Positions 37,086 through 51,670 are shown, counted from the stretch's first letter. The stretch: 64,000 bases of DNA from Octopus sinensis (GCF_006345805.1 NC_043012.1:4836001-4900000), one strand, 5' to 3'. The notes: generated from the letters alone by a model not told the origin. Program-made: numbers and translations.

Positions 37086-37474
37086 ATATATCGGATAAAA
37101 GATTATGGGTAAGGCCAAAAGAATGCGAAGTAAATGCAAGGTAAATCACAAGAAAACGAACATGTGGATCAATGTAAACTTACCTTGTATTCAATATTTT
37201 GGGCTTATGCCCCCATTTTCAAGAAATTGACGAATGTTGCCTGCATGTGAGCGTGTGTGGAGTGGACACGCGCAGAAGGCTGTTGCTATAGCAACCAGCT
37301 AGCGTCCTATGCACATAGGCAACATTCATCAATTTCTTGAAAATGGGGTAATAACCCCGAAAAATATTGAATACAAGGTAAGTCTACATTAATCCCCGTA
37401 TTTGTTTTCTTGCGATTGTCTTGCATTTACTTCGCATTGTTTCGACCTTACCCACGATGTTTTATACAATATAT
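37086..37474. mobile_element. MITE/foldback with ~148-bp inverted arms
   Basis: 37095-37242 is inverted at 37317-37465; sits in TA-rich flanks. Confidence 0.88.
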
Positions 37475-37481
37475 TATATAT

Positions 37482-37525
<44 letters not shown>

Positions 37526-37676
37526 CATATATGACCTCGATCCTAGGTCTAGTCCTAGCTCTGATTTAAGTGATAAGTTAAATTAAGTAGGTATTGTATG
37601 TGCCTATGACATACGTCATTGGACGCAATTTCATTTGTGCCCCGTATGCACTCACACACTCACACACTCACACGCG

Positions 37677-37724
<48 letters not shown>

Positions 37725-38011
37725 GAGCCCATAACAGTGTGAAATCACGTGATCTCGCAGTTCCAGCAACCATAGGAGATGATTTTCGAAGGTCATCCAT
37801 ATAATTACGAGTGATTTTATACAACACGGGTTCTTATGAAGGATTTTCTCAAGGTGAATAACGCAGTAACCTGTTTTCTAATTTAATCACCACGGTAAGT
37901 TAGACAGGAAGAGTAACTTTGGTATTAATACTGCTTCTGTCACTATTGATTATATATATATATATATGTGTGGTATGTGTTGTGTGTGCGTGTTGTTGTT
38001 GTGTGCATATA

Positions 38012-38061
<50 letters not shown>

Positions 38062-38302
38062 AGATTCAGTTGAATTAGGTACTTAAATGGAGTTGCTTGA
38101 AACGGTCGTACTGCATTACTACTTGATATCCTGTTGCTTATTTTGATTATATATATATATGCAACTAACACGTGCTGTTGATGATTTTCTTCCATCTTTT
38201 GAACTTTCCCCTTTTTTCCGACGAAGACGAACTATACTCGAAACAGCAAACGTTCTCTCAAAAAACGTGTGAGTCAGTGGTCCAATGTGGTGTGTGTACA
38301 TA

Positions 38303-38395
<93 letters not shown>

Positions 38396-38499
38396 ATATA
38401 TATGTATGTATATATATATGTATGCATGTATATACATATTTATAAATTATATGTATATGAAGAAAAGACAGATAAATAAAAGAGTATGTGAAAGAATTG

Positions 38500-38790
38500 T
38501 ATTCGCATGGAAAGTTGCGAATTATTCTACATAATTCTCCTCGGGGTGGAACAGAGATGAATTTGGAACGGTATGCCGAAGTATTATTTATGGGTGACAT
38601 ATAAGCAGTCCTCCGGTGAACAAAGCTTGTGATAAAGAACGCGTTGAAGAATACTAAACTAAACGTGGCATTATAGAGACGAATCCGATGATTAAACCCC
38701 AGCTCCTTGCGTCTGGGGCAGGTAATGTCAACACTGCAATTCGGTTATATGGACGAGCATCATCGAGAAGAATTGGAAACAGAAAAGATA
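38500..38790 (-). mobile_element. Possible PLE reverse-transcriptase thumb remnant
   Basis: [41 protein letters not shown] loosely resembles the PLE YRKxT...SxHP...IPxGExxRIxRN motif; judged by eye only. Confidence 0.3.
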
Positions 38791-38978
38791 TACACAAAAA
38801 TACGCATCAGTAGTTAATTCTCACAGAAAGTTGTTTATTATTCCATATGACTATCCTGAGGGTGAAAAGCTATATTCTTGGTGCAAGTACTTAACAGTTG
38901 TTCACCCATAATGAGCGACATCTATATGGTTTCCAAAGTGCTCGGTTTCTCATTGAAGCAGTTGTTCAATACTCTAGT

Positions 38979-39321
38979 TACCCCCGCCTTCGTTAAGGCG
39001 GGGGTATTATTTTCAAACGTGTTTGTTTGTCTGTGGACAATATATCTCAAGAACCGCTGGATGGATTCGAATGAAACATTCAGGGATGTTTGGCCTCGTG
39101 ACTGGTACGAGCTGATTAGATTTTGGGATCGATCCGGTGCCGGATTATTCTGGATTATTTTGCTTGTTTTTTTTTAATTTAATTTTTGAGAGCGATCGGG
39201 TTAAGTTTTAGTATTCTCGTTTTTGAGAGCACTCGAGTTTATTTCAGATATTCTCATTTTAAAAATCATCTCCGGTTAATGTTGCTTTGGCGGAGGTTTG
39301 CGCTCTCTGAATGTTCTTGTT
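38979..39321 (+). mobile_element. Non-autonomous Helentron/DINE-1-like element
   Basis: 5' hairpin TACCCCCGCC-TTCGTTAA-GGCGGGGGTA, internal GTTTGTCTG, 3' sub-terminal GGCGGAGGTTTGCGCTCTCTGA. Confidence 0.7.
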
Positions 39322-39442
39322 ATTATGTAATTCATAGAATAAGTACCAGACTTTAAAAATGTATAAGTATTCGGGTCAATTTGTTCGACTAAAACCCTTC
39401 AAGGCGCTGTCCCAGCATGGTCGCAGTGCACTGACTGACTTG

Positions 39443-39830
39443 TAGCACTCCGTCGGTTACGACGACGAGGGTTCCAGTTGATCCGATTAAGGGAACAGCC
39501 TGCTCGTGAAATCAACGTGCAATTGGCTGAGCACTCCACAGACAGGTGTACCCTTGGCGTAGTTCTCGGGGAGATTCATCGTGGCTCAGAGTGTGACAAG
39601 GCTGGTTCTTTGAAATACATGTACAACAGAAACAAGAAGAAAGAGTGAGAGAAATTGTGGTGATAGAGTACAGCAGAGTTCGCCACCACCACCCCTCCCG
39701 GAGCATCGTGGAGCTTTAGGTGTTTTCGCTCAATAAACACTCAAAACGCTCTGTCTGAAAATCGAAACCACGATCCTACGACCGCGAGTCCGTTGCCCTA
39801 AATAACGTTCAATCCATTGCCTAAAATGTA
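39443..39830 (-). mobile_element. SINE-C
   Basis: AGCACTCCGTCGGTTACGACGACGAGGG...AATCGAAACCACGATCCTACGACCGCGAGTCC; matches 54440-54815. Confidence 0.9.
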
Positions 39831-39879
39831 AACATACATCTGAATCTATATTAGAGGTCCTTAAGCGATTATTTAAACT

Positions 39880-40086
39880 AAATAATCGTGTAATAAGGGT
39901 ACTTAGTTAATCGGACTTTTACTGAACCGCTAGCTTACAGGGAGGGAAACAAACCGACACCCGTTGTCAACCCTTATCGGAGGAGACACACGCGCACAGA
40001 CATATATATGCTTGTCTTTGTGCCTGTGTTCGTCCTTAAACAATAGAAATACACATCCACACATGTATATGTGTTCTTGTGCGTAC

Positions 40087-40151
<65 letters not shown>

Positions 40152-40395
40152 GTTCTCTCCACCGCAGTCTGAGAAGCGGTGAAGGATTGTTTACATACCT
40201 GCAACTTAGATAAACTAAAACTCACAAATAAAACAAGGAAACAGGCTTCCACACAGTTTCCCCTTACAAAATTCACTCACAGACCAATGTTTGGGCTACG
40301 GCTATAGTAGATGATACTTGGCCGCACAATGAGCCCGAACCCGAAACTATGTGGCTGTAAAACGAGCTTCTTATCTACCAATCCATCTCTGCGCC
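39880..40395 (-). mobile_element. Old SINE-B
   Basis: GAACCGCTAGC, CCGTTGTCAA, (GT)n, GCTATAGTAGATGATACTTG, GAACCCGAAACTATGTGG. Confidence 0.7.
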
Positions 40396-41138
40396 TACCT
40401 TGAGATATTAGATTAACATTAACTAATGCGTCATTTACGTTCTAAGAAAATTCCGTGAAATTTGAGGAACATTCGGTTACTATTTTTAACACTTTCAATG
40501 ACCTCATACAAGCAACCTCGTTGGATGAAATTTTGTTCTGTTGTTGTGCTTTGATTTAACTGTAGGTATCCATGTTCGCATGTATTCAAACCGTGACCCT
40601 TACGTCTAGAATACTTTTATACAACGTTCTACATGGAAATATAACGTGTGTAATTTGAGGGAGATTCGACTGTTATATATGGCAAGTCGATGAAGCATTT
40701 AAATATTTCTTCGTTGGACTGGTTTGTGTATGATTCGGGGCCAATTACTTACTTGATCCTATGAATCTGTTTCATACGTCCTCCCCAGTTTTCCATGAAA
40801 TATGCCAACAAAATACGCTTCATATTGATAAATATTTCTGGTCATTTAAGGTCAAGTAAGAAACTGAATTTATTGCCCTACTTCTAGTAGGAAAAAAAAA
40901 TAACGAATATGTAAACACACACACGCACACACACACACACACACAAACGCACACGCACGCACAAACACATACACACATAGACCCCTCCCCCCCCCCGACG
41001 AATATAGATATATAGTCATACACACATGCGTGTATATACTTGTATCTCTAAATCACTATATAAACAAGCACATATATACATATACATACATACATATATA
41101 TATGTATGTGTGTGCATGTATGTATGTATATATACACA

Positions 41139-41178
<40 letters not shown>

Positions 41179-41478
41179 ACTGGTTCCCACATTTATAGCC
41201 ATAAAAATATACATAAGCACACATATTCATATATACATATACAAATCAATGTAAGTACATATATATGTATATATATATATGAATATATATATGAATATAT
41301 AAAATATATATCACACACACATGTATTTTACATGCATTTATGTCTATATACTATATCTACAAATATAAATTATACCGCAAAATTTTTATTATATATATAT
41401 TATATATATCTGTATATATATACTATATATATGTATATACATACATATATAATACATAATATTATATATATATATATG

Positions 41479-41523
<45 letters not shown>

Positions 41524-42214
41524 ATATGTATATTATATACATATATGTCGTCATTATATATATATATAATATCTATAATATATTATAGTATATAAACATT
41601 TATCTATATATATCGATTATTTCTTTAATATAATATATATAGGGTATAACGGGGCTATATATATGCTATATATAATAATATATATTATAATATCTATATA
41701 TAATATATATATATATATATATACATACACATACGCTGATATTCATTAAGGAATATATAGGGGATGTACAATAATGTGTAGTGTGTGCATTTGTGTAGGT
41801 AGGGGCGTATATCAATGCCTGTAATGTCTATGTGTTTATTACGGTAAGTATGTGAAGTGTTGTCTGTTCGAGTATTTATGCTTCTAGATGTGAGTCACCG
41901 CGCATGTGAGACTACATATGTTTGCTTCTTGGAAAGTAGCTGGGTGTATGGCTGAGCGTGTATCCACGTGCATTAGTATCTCTCTCGCTCTAGGCGTATG
42001 CATGTGTGAGTGTGCGTGCGTGCGTGTCTCTGAGTAGAATGAATGCCGTTAAACGATAGAATGAAATATTAAGGAAAATTGCATGAGTCCAGAGACAATA
42101 GATATCTGTTATTGCTTTTGGTTTTATGACCTCTTCAGTTATTAACCAGGATGAAAACGTTCGCTATATATGTGTGTAGTCCACTCACTCACTTACTCTT
42201 TCACTCACACTCTG

Positions 42215-42273
<59 letters not shown>

Positions 42274-42368
42274 GTCTGTCTGTCCGTCTGTCTGTCTGTC
42301 TAACATTTTATATGCATGTGTATATGTTTGAATGTATATATATATATATATATATATGTATATGTATG

Positions 42369-42415
<47 letters not shown>

Positions 42416-42562
42416 TTATATAAATATATGTATATGTATATGTATATATATATATAATTATATATATATGCATATATATATATATACATGTATATATTTA
42501 TGCATGTATATATATATACTTATAATTATATATACATATATACATATACATATGTTGCTTGT

Positions 42563-42897
42563 AGGCGTAGGAGTGACTGTGTGGTAAGTAGCTTGCTTAC
42601 CAACCATATGGTTCCGGTTTCAGTCCCACTGCGTGGCACCATGGGTAAGTGTCTTCTACTATAGACTCGGGCCCACCAAAGGATTGTGAGTAGATTTGGT
42701 AGGTGGAAACTGAAAGAAGCCTGTCGCATATATGTATATATATATGTATGTGTATATGTGTGTGTGTGTTTGTGTGTCTGTGTTTGTTCCCCCGACATCG
42801 CTTGACAACCGATGGTGGTGTGTTTACGTCCCCGTAACTTCGGCGAAAGAGACCGATAGAATAAGTGCTAGGCTTACAAAGAATAAGTCCTGGAGTC
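42563..42897 (+). mobile_element. SINE-B, 3'-truncated at (TA)n
   Basis: GGCGTAGGAGTGACTGTGTGGTAAG...GAATAAGTCCTGGAGTC. Confidence 0.9.
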
Positions 42898-42907
42898 TTA
42901 TATGTAT

Positions 42908-42983
<76 letters not shown>

Positions 42984-43004
42984 TATATATATATAATATA
43001 ATTA

Positions 43005-43345
43005 ATAAATTACAAAGTGGACAAGAACGCAAAAACACACAAAGAGACGACACAAAAAAACAGACGGGTCACTCGAAGCCTCTAATCTTCAGTCGGGAAC
43101 CGGATCATCTTAGTAATTTCGGCTGTTTAATCTCGATATTACTCCGAACCGGCCAGCCCCAAGGACAAACCAAGCCACAGGCATTGAATTTCTTGGAAAG
43201 AGGGTCGAATGTATACAAAACAAAGACAGGATGCCACACGAATATAAATACAAGAAACAAAAATAGAAATAAAAAACAGAAATAAAAAACACGAATGGTG
43301 GAGAGTACAAGGACAGGGGCGTCTTACGACTTTAGACAATTTTTA
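43005..43345 (-). mobile_element. Possible PLE terminal-repeat fragment
   Basis: Related to 17265-17680; CUGAAGA box on the minus strand near 43086; flanked by (TA)n. Confidence 0.4.
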
Positions 43346-43870
43346 ACTTATCTATATATATGTATATACATATATATGAATATACATACATATATATATA
43401 TATATATATATGTATGTATACATATATATATATATATGTATGTATATTCATATATATGTATCTGTGTTTATGTATGTATGTATGCAATTATGTATGTATG
43501 TATGTACGTATGTATGTATGCATGTATTCGACGTGTTGCAATTGCACTGTCTGCCATACTGCCCATAAAGGTGTATGTTGCCTGTAGCTGAATCGCGAGG
43601 TGAACACAAGACGAATGAGGTGGGAGACGAAGGAGAAACGAGCCTATCATATTTACACATTATCTGTAATACAATTACTTATGTATATATTTTATGCCCG
43701 TTGCGGAAAGAATTAGTTGCTTGCGGTCTATTCGTCTCGGTTACCCTCCTTTTCAGTACGGTTTTGATTTTGTATAACCATAGTTATGGCCGATTCGGGT
43801 TTTGTTTGATTCAAAATCTTATGAAAACGGTTGAAGAAGCTTGATGCAAAGATGGGCGGAGGGTGTGGGA

Positions 43871-43937
<67 letters not shown>

Positions 43938-44202
43938 TCACACGCGCGCACACACACACACATATATAAAATTTCCAGGATTCAAGAGAAACAGGTATTT
44001 AGTGAAAACACCAAGGTAGGGTGGTGAAAGTGCAGCTATGCCTACATACATACATACATACACGCACACAAACACACACACATATGTATATATGCGTATA
44101 TATATATATTAATATATATATATATTTATAGATAGATATAAAGATAAATAGATATATATATATATATATTATATATAATATATAGATTATATATATATAT
44201 AT

Positions 44203-44241
<39 letters not shown>

Positions 44242-44494
44242 CATAGATAGATAGATAGATTGGTGGAAAGCGAGTGAGAGACCATCCTACCTTTAACATT
44301 ATAGGTGTAAACATGAATATATACTTTAATGGGTCTTTTGTTACATTGTTTACATTTATTTACTTTTTATTATTAACTCATTAATGTAATTATATGCTTT
44401 ATTTATATAAGCTTCTATCTATATTATATATACACTCGCACACATTTGGTAGTACACACACACCTATTCTCAATACAATATACGCGTCTCATAC

Positions 44495-44535
<41 letters not shown>

Positions 44536-44556
44536 CATGTGTGTGTGCGTGTATGT

Positions 44557-44612
<56 letters not shown>

Positions 44613-45312
44613 ATTATATGTATGTATATGTGTGTACATATATATACATATGTTTATATGTATATATGTATGTGTACATATATATATATACATATACACA
44701 TACATATATATGTATTTATATATATATATGCATGAATGTATGTATATGTGTATGTATGCTGAGCCTACTTTTGCTGTTGACATTAACAACATTGGTATAG
44801 TGGTGCATTAAAAGTCTCATAATGCAATTTGTCGATCACAGATTTAGAAGTAATGAAACTGTGTATGCCTTTCAATATAGCGGAAGTAGAGAACCACCGT
44901 AAGCGACAAATATAACCGGAAACAAATACCATACCTACATTGACGCAGAGATTTAGTGATATTTTGAAATCATTCTTGTGGTGTCAACTAACAACACACA
45001 CCACTCCATTAATGTTTATAAAAGTAAATTGAGAAATATTAAGTTGCGTTTGAAATGGATTAACGTTTTCTTTTCCTTCGTCTGCTTCACAATGTTATAC
45101 TTACCTGAAACAGACGGTAGTCCGATTTTGATAAACATGGCCGTCACTCTTTAGTTTTTGGTTTAACGTTTCATTGACAGCTTAATATTCTTGTTCGTTT
45201 TTTCTCCCATCTTTCCCATTTCCGTTTGCCTTTCTTATATGTGAGTATATACGTCTGTGCATATATGTGTATAATTGGGCTACTGAACATATTCGTCGTT
45301 TGTATATTTTTA

Positions 45313-45370
<58 letters not shown>

Positions 45371-45429
45371 CATACATACATGTGTGTGTGAGTGTGTGAG
45401 TGTGTGTGAGTGTGTGTGTATATGTGTGC

Positions 45430-46270
45430 TTGTATAATTTTCCTACTGAACGTATTTCTAAATAACTTGACCTCCTTTATTTCCAACCATCCCATACAAA
45501 AGGCACCAATATTTATGCTCAGTTTCTCCGTCTCCAGCATCTGTGTGACGCTGATCGTGATTTTGATAATCGATCTCAATATTTGGCCAGTGCCTTCACT
45601 CGTCGTGGATAATTCTCCACCCTTGTCCATGTCGCCATAATCCTGCCCGCCAAACTGACCGCTCCTCTGCCCTCTTTCGTCACTCCACCCAATCCCTATC
45701 CACATCCCCTTTTCCCCCTTTTCCATCCCTCTAGCATACTCCTCCGTCAGAAAATCCTACGGGCCTTCCGACTTTTCTAATTCGATCCTACCACCCACCT
45801 TGTTTTTCCCAACCCCGAAACCGACCCTACTTACTGGTCCGTCGCTCCCTACCCTCGCGTCCATACGTCCATCTCGGATCTTTCTCTTGTTACCACAACT
45901 GTCCGTTCATCACCATAACAACCTCCTTCACAGGAACCAACTAACACACCATCTACAGCAGTGATTCTTTCTCATGCATCTCATCTAAGGTCATTTATTG
46001 CATTATATATACTCTTTTGCGGATCTTTGTATGTTGGACAGTCTGACCGCCGTCTAGCCAACACATTCACCGAACGTCTATGCGATATCCACCTCCGGAA
46101 AATACTCTTGTTGCCTGCCATTTCTACTTGACTATCCAACCACTTCACCCAACTCCTCATAATGTTTGGCTCGACCATATGCTACAGATCTTCTACAACC
46201 AGACTTCGCAAAGAGCAAAGAACATATTCTTATCACTGACTCTTACACCTTTTGGACTTAGACCTCACCT
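45430..46270 (+). mobile_element. Penelope-like element remnant: RT thumb and GIY-YIG endonuclease
   Basis: YAQFLRLQHLCDADRDFDNRSQYLASAFTRRG* (45514-45612); VIYCI..CGSLYVGQSDRRLANTFTERLCDI (from 45990); C-terminal LTLTPFGL. Confidence 0.88.
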
Positions 46271-46829
46271 CTTTCTTGTACCAGCTTCCAACTTCTATCT
46301 ATTTTATCAATCTTATACACCTTTTCTCTAGTTTTCCCCCGTTCTTTTCTCTTATCTCCTACACACTTAAACGCATAACCTACAGACACGTATATACACA
46401 CAAACACACACACACACACAAGCAAACATATACATGCATACACACACATATACAAGCACACATATAAACACACCTATACACACACTTATACGCACACGCG
46501 CGTAAACATAAACGTATGCTCGCAGTGACACATGCACTCACACACATGTCACTCGGCTTCCCGACCGCACATCCTACTCCTGTTACTCCCTACAACTACA
46601 GCCCTTTGACAGTCACACTTATACACACTCACAACAAAAAACAAACGCGTATACCTCCATCACGCGAAGCGCACACTAATATACAAGCACGCTAATTACA
46701 TCAGCACACGCCCACAGATATATGTACACACATACAAAAACCTATGTACACATAAACACTCTACACACATATACACACCACAAGTATCGCACACACACAC
46801 ACACACACACAATGGACACTTACGCATTC

Positions 46830-47050
46830 TCCTGCCTTATATCCCATATTTTCCATCTTTCTCACGTCACACGCCATCCACTCCTTCCTGTTTTTCCTGG
46901 ACATTTTCTTCCATTCGATGAAGAGTCATGTTCAAAAACGTCATATTTTCTTATCCTATTGTTTCCCATGAAAATCTTTCACCAATGCATTAACTGTGTA
47001 TGTTTAATTGACTTTTGTTGTTTTGTCCTGTTTTTTTAATTATTTTTGCT
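46830..47050 (+). mobile_element. PLE 3' terminal repeat with degenerate hammerhead (46915-46943)
   Basis: TCGATGA-A-GAGTCATGTTC-AAAAAC-GTC-A; same strand and downstream of the GIY-YIG remnant; flanks resemble 8185-8410. Confidence 0.6.
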
Positions 47051-47557
47051 TATATTTCCTCGTACGCAAACACACACACATACACACATACATTTATATG
47101 CACATATTGTACCTAGACATGTATATGTATATTTGTATATATGTATGTACATTTGTGTATATGTATGTGTATGTACATAGACACGCATATTGGGTGTGAC
47201 AAACGGAGGTCGATAAAATAAATAGTTGACTGATATTTGTACTGAGATCGATATCATTAAAACCATTGGTCATGGTGCCCCAGCAAGACAGAAATCGAAT
47301 GCTCAAAAGCAATAAAGGAAAATACAACATACTCACACATGCATGCATTCTTGCATACATACACACATACTTACATACATACATACATAACATGCATACA
47401 TATATGCATGCATGCATGCATCTATCCACCCATACATAGTATACATACATGCATGCATACACATATACAATATGTGTGTGTGCGCATACATATATACCTT
47501 TCTATCTGTCTACCTTTATTATATAATCATACATGCATATGTTGTGTGTATATATAT

Positions 47558-47614
<57 letters not shown>

Positions 47615-48775
47615 GACAGTCAGGTAAAAAGATAGTTAAATATAGACATGACAGCTGTTACGAGGGAAATAATCATTTCTTCATTTTATGAGACATGATA
47701 AGAAACTCGAATCTGAAATTAGGACTTATGAAGCAAAAAATGCATTGAATTCACATGTATAATTTTATTTTCGCTCGCTCATTACCAATTCTTACAGCTC
47801 TCTTTGATAGCAAACATGTATTGCACTATTTCATTCATTTTAAAAATCGTCAGCATGGCATAAGCTGAAAAATATTAATTATATACCATTTCACGAGATA
47901 AGATATGTCATTGACATTGAAAATCAATTCAAAGTGGACTACATTCTTGAAATACGTCTCCTTTCTATACAGAACATTAGAAGTATAGGAATGGAGGGTA
48001 AAAAGAATCAAAGTTCATAGTGATTACATACAGAATAACACCTGTTTCTAAGGTGTCTTATAATAGTCAACAATTTCAATATCAGCTTTCAGCAACTGAA
48101 CAAGCCGTTTTCCGACGTATTCATTAAGATGCACACATTCGTTTTAAGCAGTTATTCATTAGTCATCCACCGTGTGTAGTCAATCGATTCATAAGCACGC
48201 ACGTCATGACCACCGCTAAACTGTTTCAAATGGATTCTTGTGAAATTAATCTCAATGTTATAAATACAGGTGATTTCTCTAAGGATAGCACACCTATTAC
48301 GAAGGAGACAATCATCCCCTCATGACATGTAGTGAAATTAGATGTTTGAATTTGGATATTACGAGGAAAAATTTGTATAGAATTCGAAAAATTAAATATT
48401 TCTTGTTTACTTATTAGCAAGTTCTTAAAGTTTCTAGTTAGTGATAATCCTGTTTAACACCATTTCATCCTTTTGAGAAATCGACAGTATGATACAGCCT
48501 ATGACACATCAATTAAAGTTTATTTTGTGATGTGAGATATTTCATTAAAGACGTAATTAATTACTGTCTCCTAGAAATTCACGAAACGATAGGAATTTAG
48601 GCATTGCGAAAAAAGAGCGAAGGTTATGTTTACATAAAGAATATTAGCCTGTTTCCAGGAAAGCTTTACATTCTGAAAATGTCTTAAAATAGCCTAAAAT
48701 GTTCAATAACAGCTCCACACACACACACACACATATATGTATATATATATATGTGTGTATATGCCCGCGTGTGTC

Positions 48776-48807
<32 letters not shown>

Positions 48808-48815
48808 ATAGAATA

Positions 48816-48864
<49 letters not shown>

Positions 48865-48980
48865 GCATGAATACATATAATTACACACAAACACACACAC
48901 ACACACACATACACATATGAATGTGTATGTTCTCACTTTTTTATGAGTAAATATTTCAATATGTCACGCATATGTGTGTT

Positions 48981-49034
48981 GGTTTAGGATACGGACAATG
49001 TTTATAATTTCACACATTGCCCGTATCCTAAACC
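48981..49034. repeat. 20-bp inverted repeat with 14-nt loop
   Basis: GGTTTAGGATACGGACAATG ... CATTGCCCGTATCCTAAACC (one mismatch). Confidence 0.9.
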
Positions 49035-49559
49035 GATGTTCTAAAGTGTCCATTACGCACAAAAACACACCCTAAGAGTTAGAGGCACGCACACTCGCAA
49101 ACATAGTGATAGACAGACTTACATACACATACACATCGTATCATACACCCACTCATCCATCCATCCACATACATAATTAGGAATATACAGTACCACCATA
49201 TTCTTCATAAGTTATAGATGATTAATCTCTGTTTAAGTACTATGAATATACTAATATGCGAGATGAATGTTACTGTAGCAGAATAATACGCCTATGTTAT
49301 ACAATTGTTGTAATATTAATCTCCAATATTGCATATAATATAATTACTATAATGTAATTACACAATAACATGCCAATTCCAATATCTTTTATATTACTCT
49401 GTCAGTTAAAGGGAAAAATTATTTCTTGTTAGAATATAATATATAAACAAATAATGAATAGACATTAACGAAAAATAAATTACATAGAAGTGCATATTTA
49501 CTAAGTATAACGTTCCTATACATACACACACATATGTGTGTTTTTGTATGTGTATATAT

Positions 49560-49607
<48 letters not shown>

Positions 49608-49809
49608 TGTGCGTATATATATTATTGAATATACATATATATATCATTCTATATATATATACATAATATATTTATGTATATGTATTTATATTTATATGCA
49701 TGAATATATGCATATATGTATGTGTATGTATGTACCTATGCGTTACTGAGTAAGGGCAGCGTATATATCGATGTATATAAAAGCGAAACATATTTCTGAA
49801 TTGTTATAA

Positions 49810-49872
<63 letters not shown>

Positions 49873-50361
49873 AGTATATATCTATATATATATTTATATA
49901 TATATGTATGTATGTATTTAAATAATAATATTAGTTAAGATAATTTTCTCACCCACACACAAACACACACGCGCAAACATCTAGAAACCCACCCACTCTC
50001 ACGCAAAGAAAAGTGTGTAGAACACGCAAATACAGATTGTGGTTGGCTGATAGCCTCATCATGCACTTGTTTGGACTAAGTGAACAACCACATCCTTCAG
50101 AAATGTAAGCAATGAGGTTTTCTATGGATATACATTCGCCAGATGGTATTTCTCATACAGTTCACTAATATTTGGCTGTGAATGATGGGGTTTAGAGATG
50201 ACTGGGAATAATAGTAACGATCAACCACAAGCTACGTGTTTAATGTAATTTAAAAGTTAATTTCTCAACACCCTGAAAGGTAGACGCGATTCTCTCCCCT
50301 TCTATAGCTATTAGCCACCACCCGGGGGATCATAGATTGTTGGTATAATGCAGTGTTATAA

Positions 50362-50593
50362 AGGTGGTGAGCTGGCAGAACCGTTAGCACGCTGGACGAA
50401 ATACTTAGCGGTATTTCGTCTGCCGTTACGTTCTGAGTTCAAATTCCGCCTAGGTTGACTTTGCCTTTCATCCTTTCAGGGTCGATAAATTAAGTACCAG
50501 TTGCGCACTGGAGTCGATATAATCGACTTAATCCGTTTGTCTGTCCTTGTTTGTCCCTTCTGTGTTTAGCCCCTTGTGGGTAGTAAAGAAATA
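50362..50593 (+). mobile_element. SINE-A monomer inserted into a LINE fragment
   Basis: Full head and alpha tail; TSD-like GGTA(T/A)AATGCAGTG at 50342-50355 and 50594-50607. Confidence 0.92.
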
Positions 50594-50607
50594 GGTAAAA
50601 TGCAGTG

Positions 50608-51670
50608 GTCCATCTCTTCATGTAAAGCCTGTGTACATCCGCCTTAAGGTGGAGAGCACCATGCATTGTTATTGTCTTTCGAGTAGTGCGATCGTGTTGG
50701 TTAATTTCGGCTTATGTCCATATCAAGATGGGTGCACTGTAGCGGACTACAGCAACAGCCCTTATGTTGATGGCAGTCACAAGGTTCCTTGAGTTGAATC
50801 TTGATTTCAAGGGAAGTGTGAGGCGCTTCAAATATGCAGTGATGACTTTGTCTTTCATTTCACTGTACAAGATACTGTCTAGCTCTAGGATCCCAAGGCA
50901 CTTGTACCCATCATCATCCGGGTTTTCCATTCTCTCTTCGTTTGGCAATTCTATGCCCCTAAAATCTGCTCTTTTTCCCGTTTCAATGAGAGCAACGCAC
51001 ACTTTGTGATACCGAATTCGATCCCTATATACTTGCTGTAGTTTTGTACAGTCTCAACCAACCTCTCCATTTCAGGAACTGTTTTTGTGAACTGTTTTAA
51101 TTCATCCATGAAGAAAAGATGGTTGAAACGAGGTCCATTCTTTCTCAGCTCAGCTCGTACTTCTCGAGAATTTTGCTCACTGTTCCCAGCGATCCGACAA
51201 TTATTGGTACCACTGCTATCTTTTTAATCGAGCACAACTGCTTAACTTCCCAAGCTAACCTGTCATACCGCTCAACTTTTCTTTCTTCCTTATCGCATAC
51301 CTTGTCAGCTGGGCATGATATGTCTATGATCCAGCATAGTTTTTTTTTTTTCTCAATTAAGACTATGTCTGGCTTCCTCTTCCCTATCTCCTGGTCGCAC
51401 TGAATCATAAAATCCCATAGGACCTTTGCATTTCTTTTTTCGACGACGCATTCAGGTTTGTGGTCGTACCAATTACTTTATTGTCTTTGCACAGTTCTAA
51501 CGCTGGAGATATACTACAGTGTTACCTGTTCACTACAAGTGAACTAAGGTGACACCCCTTATTTTTTGAGCACCATCCGGAGTATTCGAGCGGTTCCGAG
51601 CAGTGCTGCTTTCTGCGAGTGTTCTACCCTTATTGCACATCTTATTTCTTCCATGTTCTTCTCAAGATTA
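50608..51670 (-). mobile_element. R4/Dong-like (RLE-clade) non-LTR retrotransposon fragments
   Basis: RT: FNHLFFMDELKQF...GIEFGITKCA...YKCLGILE...AINIRAVAVVRYSA; RLE: WYDHKPE...WDFMIQCDQEIGKRKPDIVLIE...IIDISCPAD...YDRLAWEVK...PIIVGSLG; C-terminus QKAALLGTARILRMVL. Confidence 0.9.
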
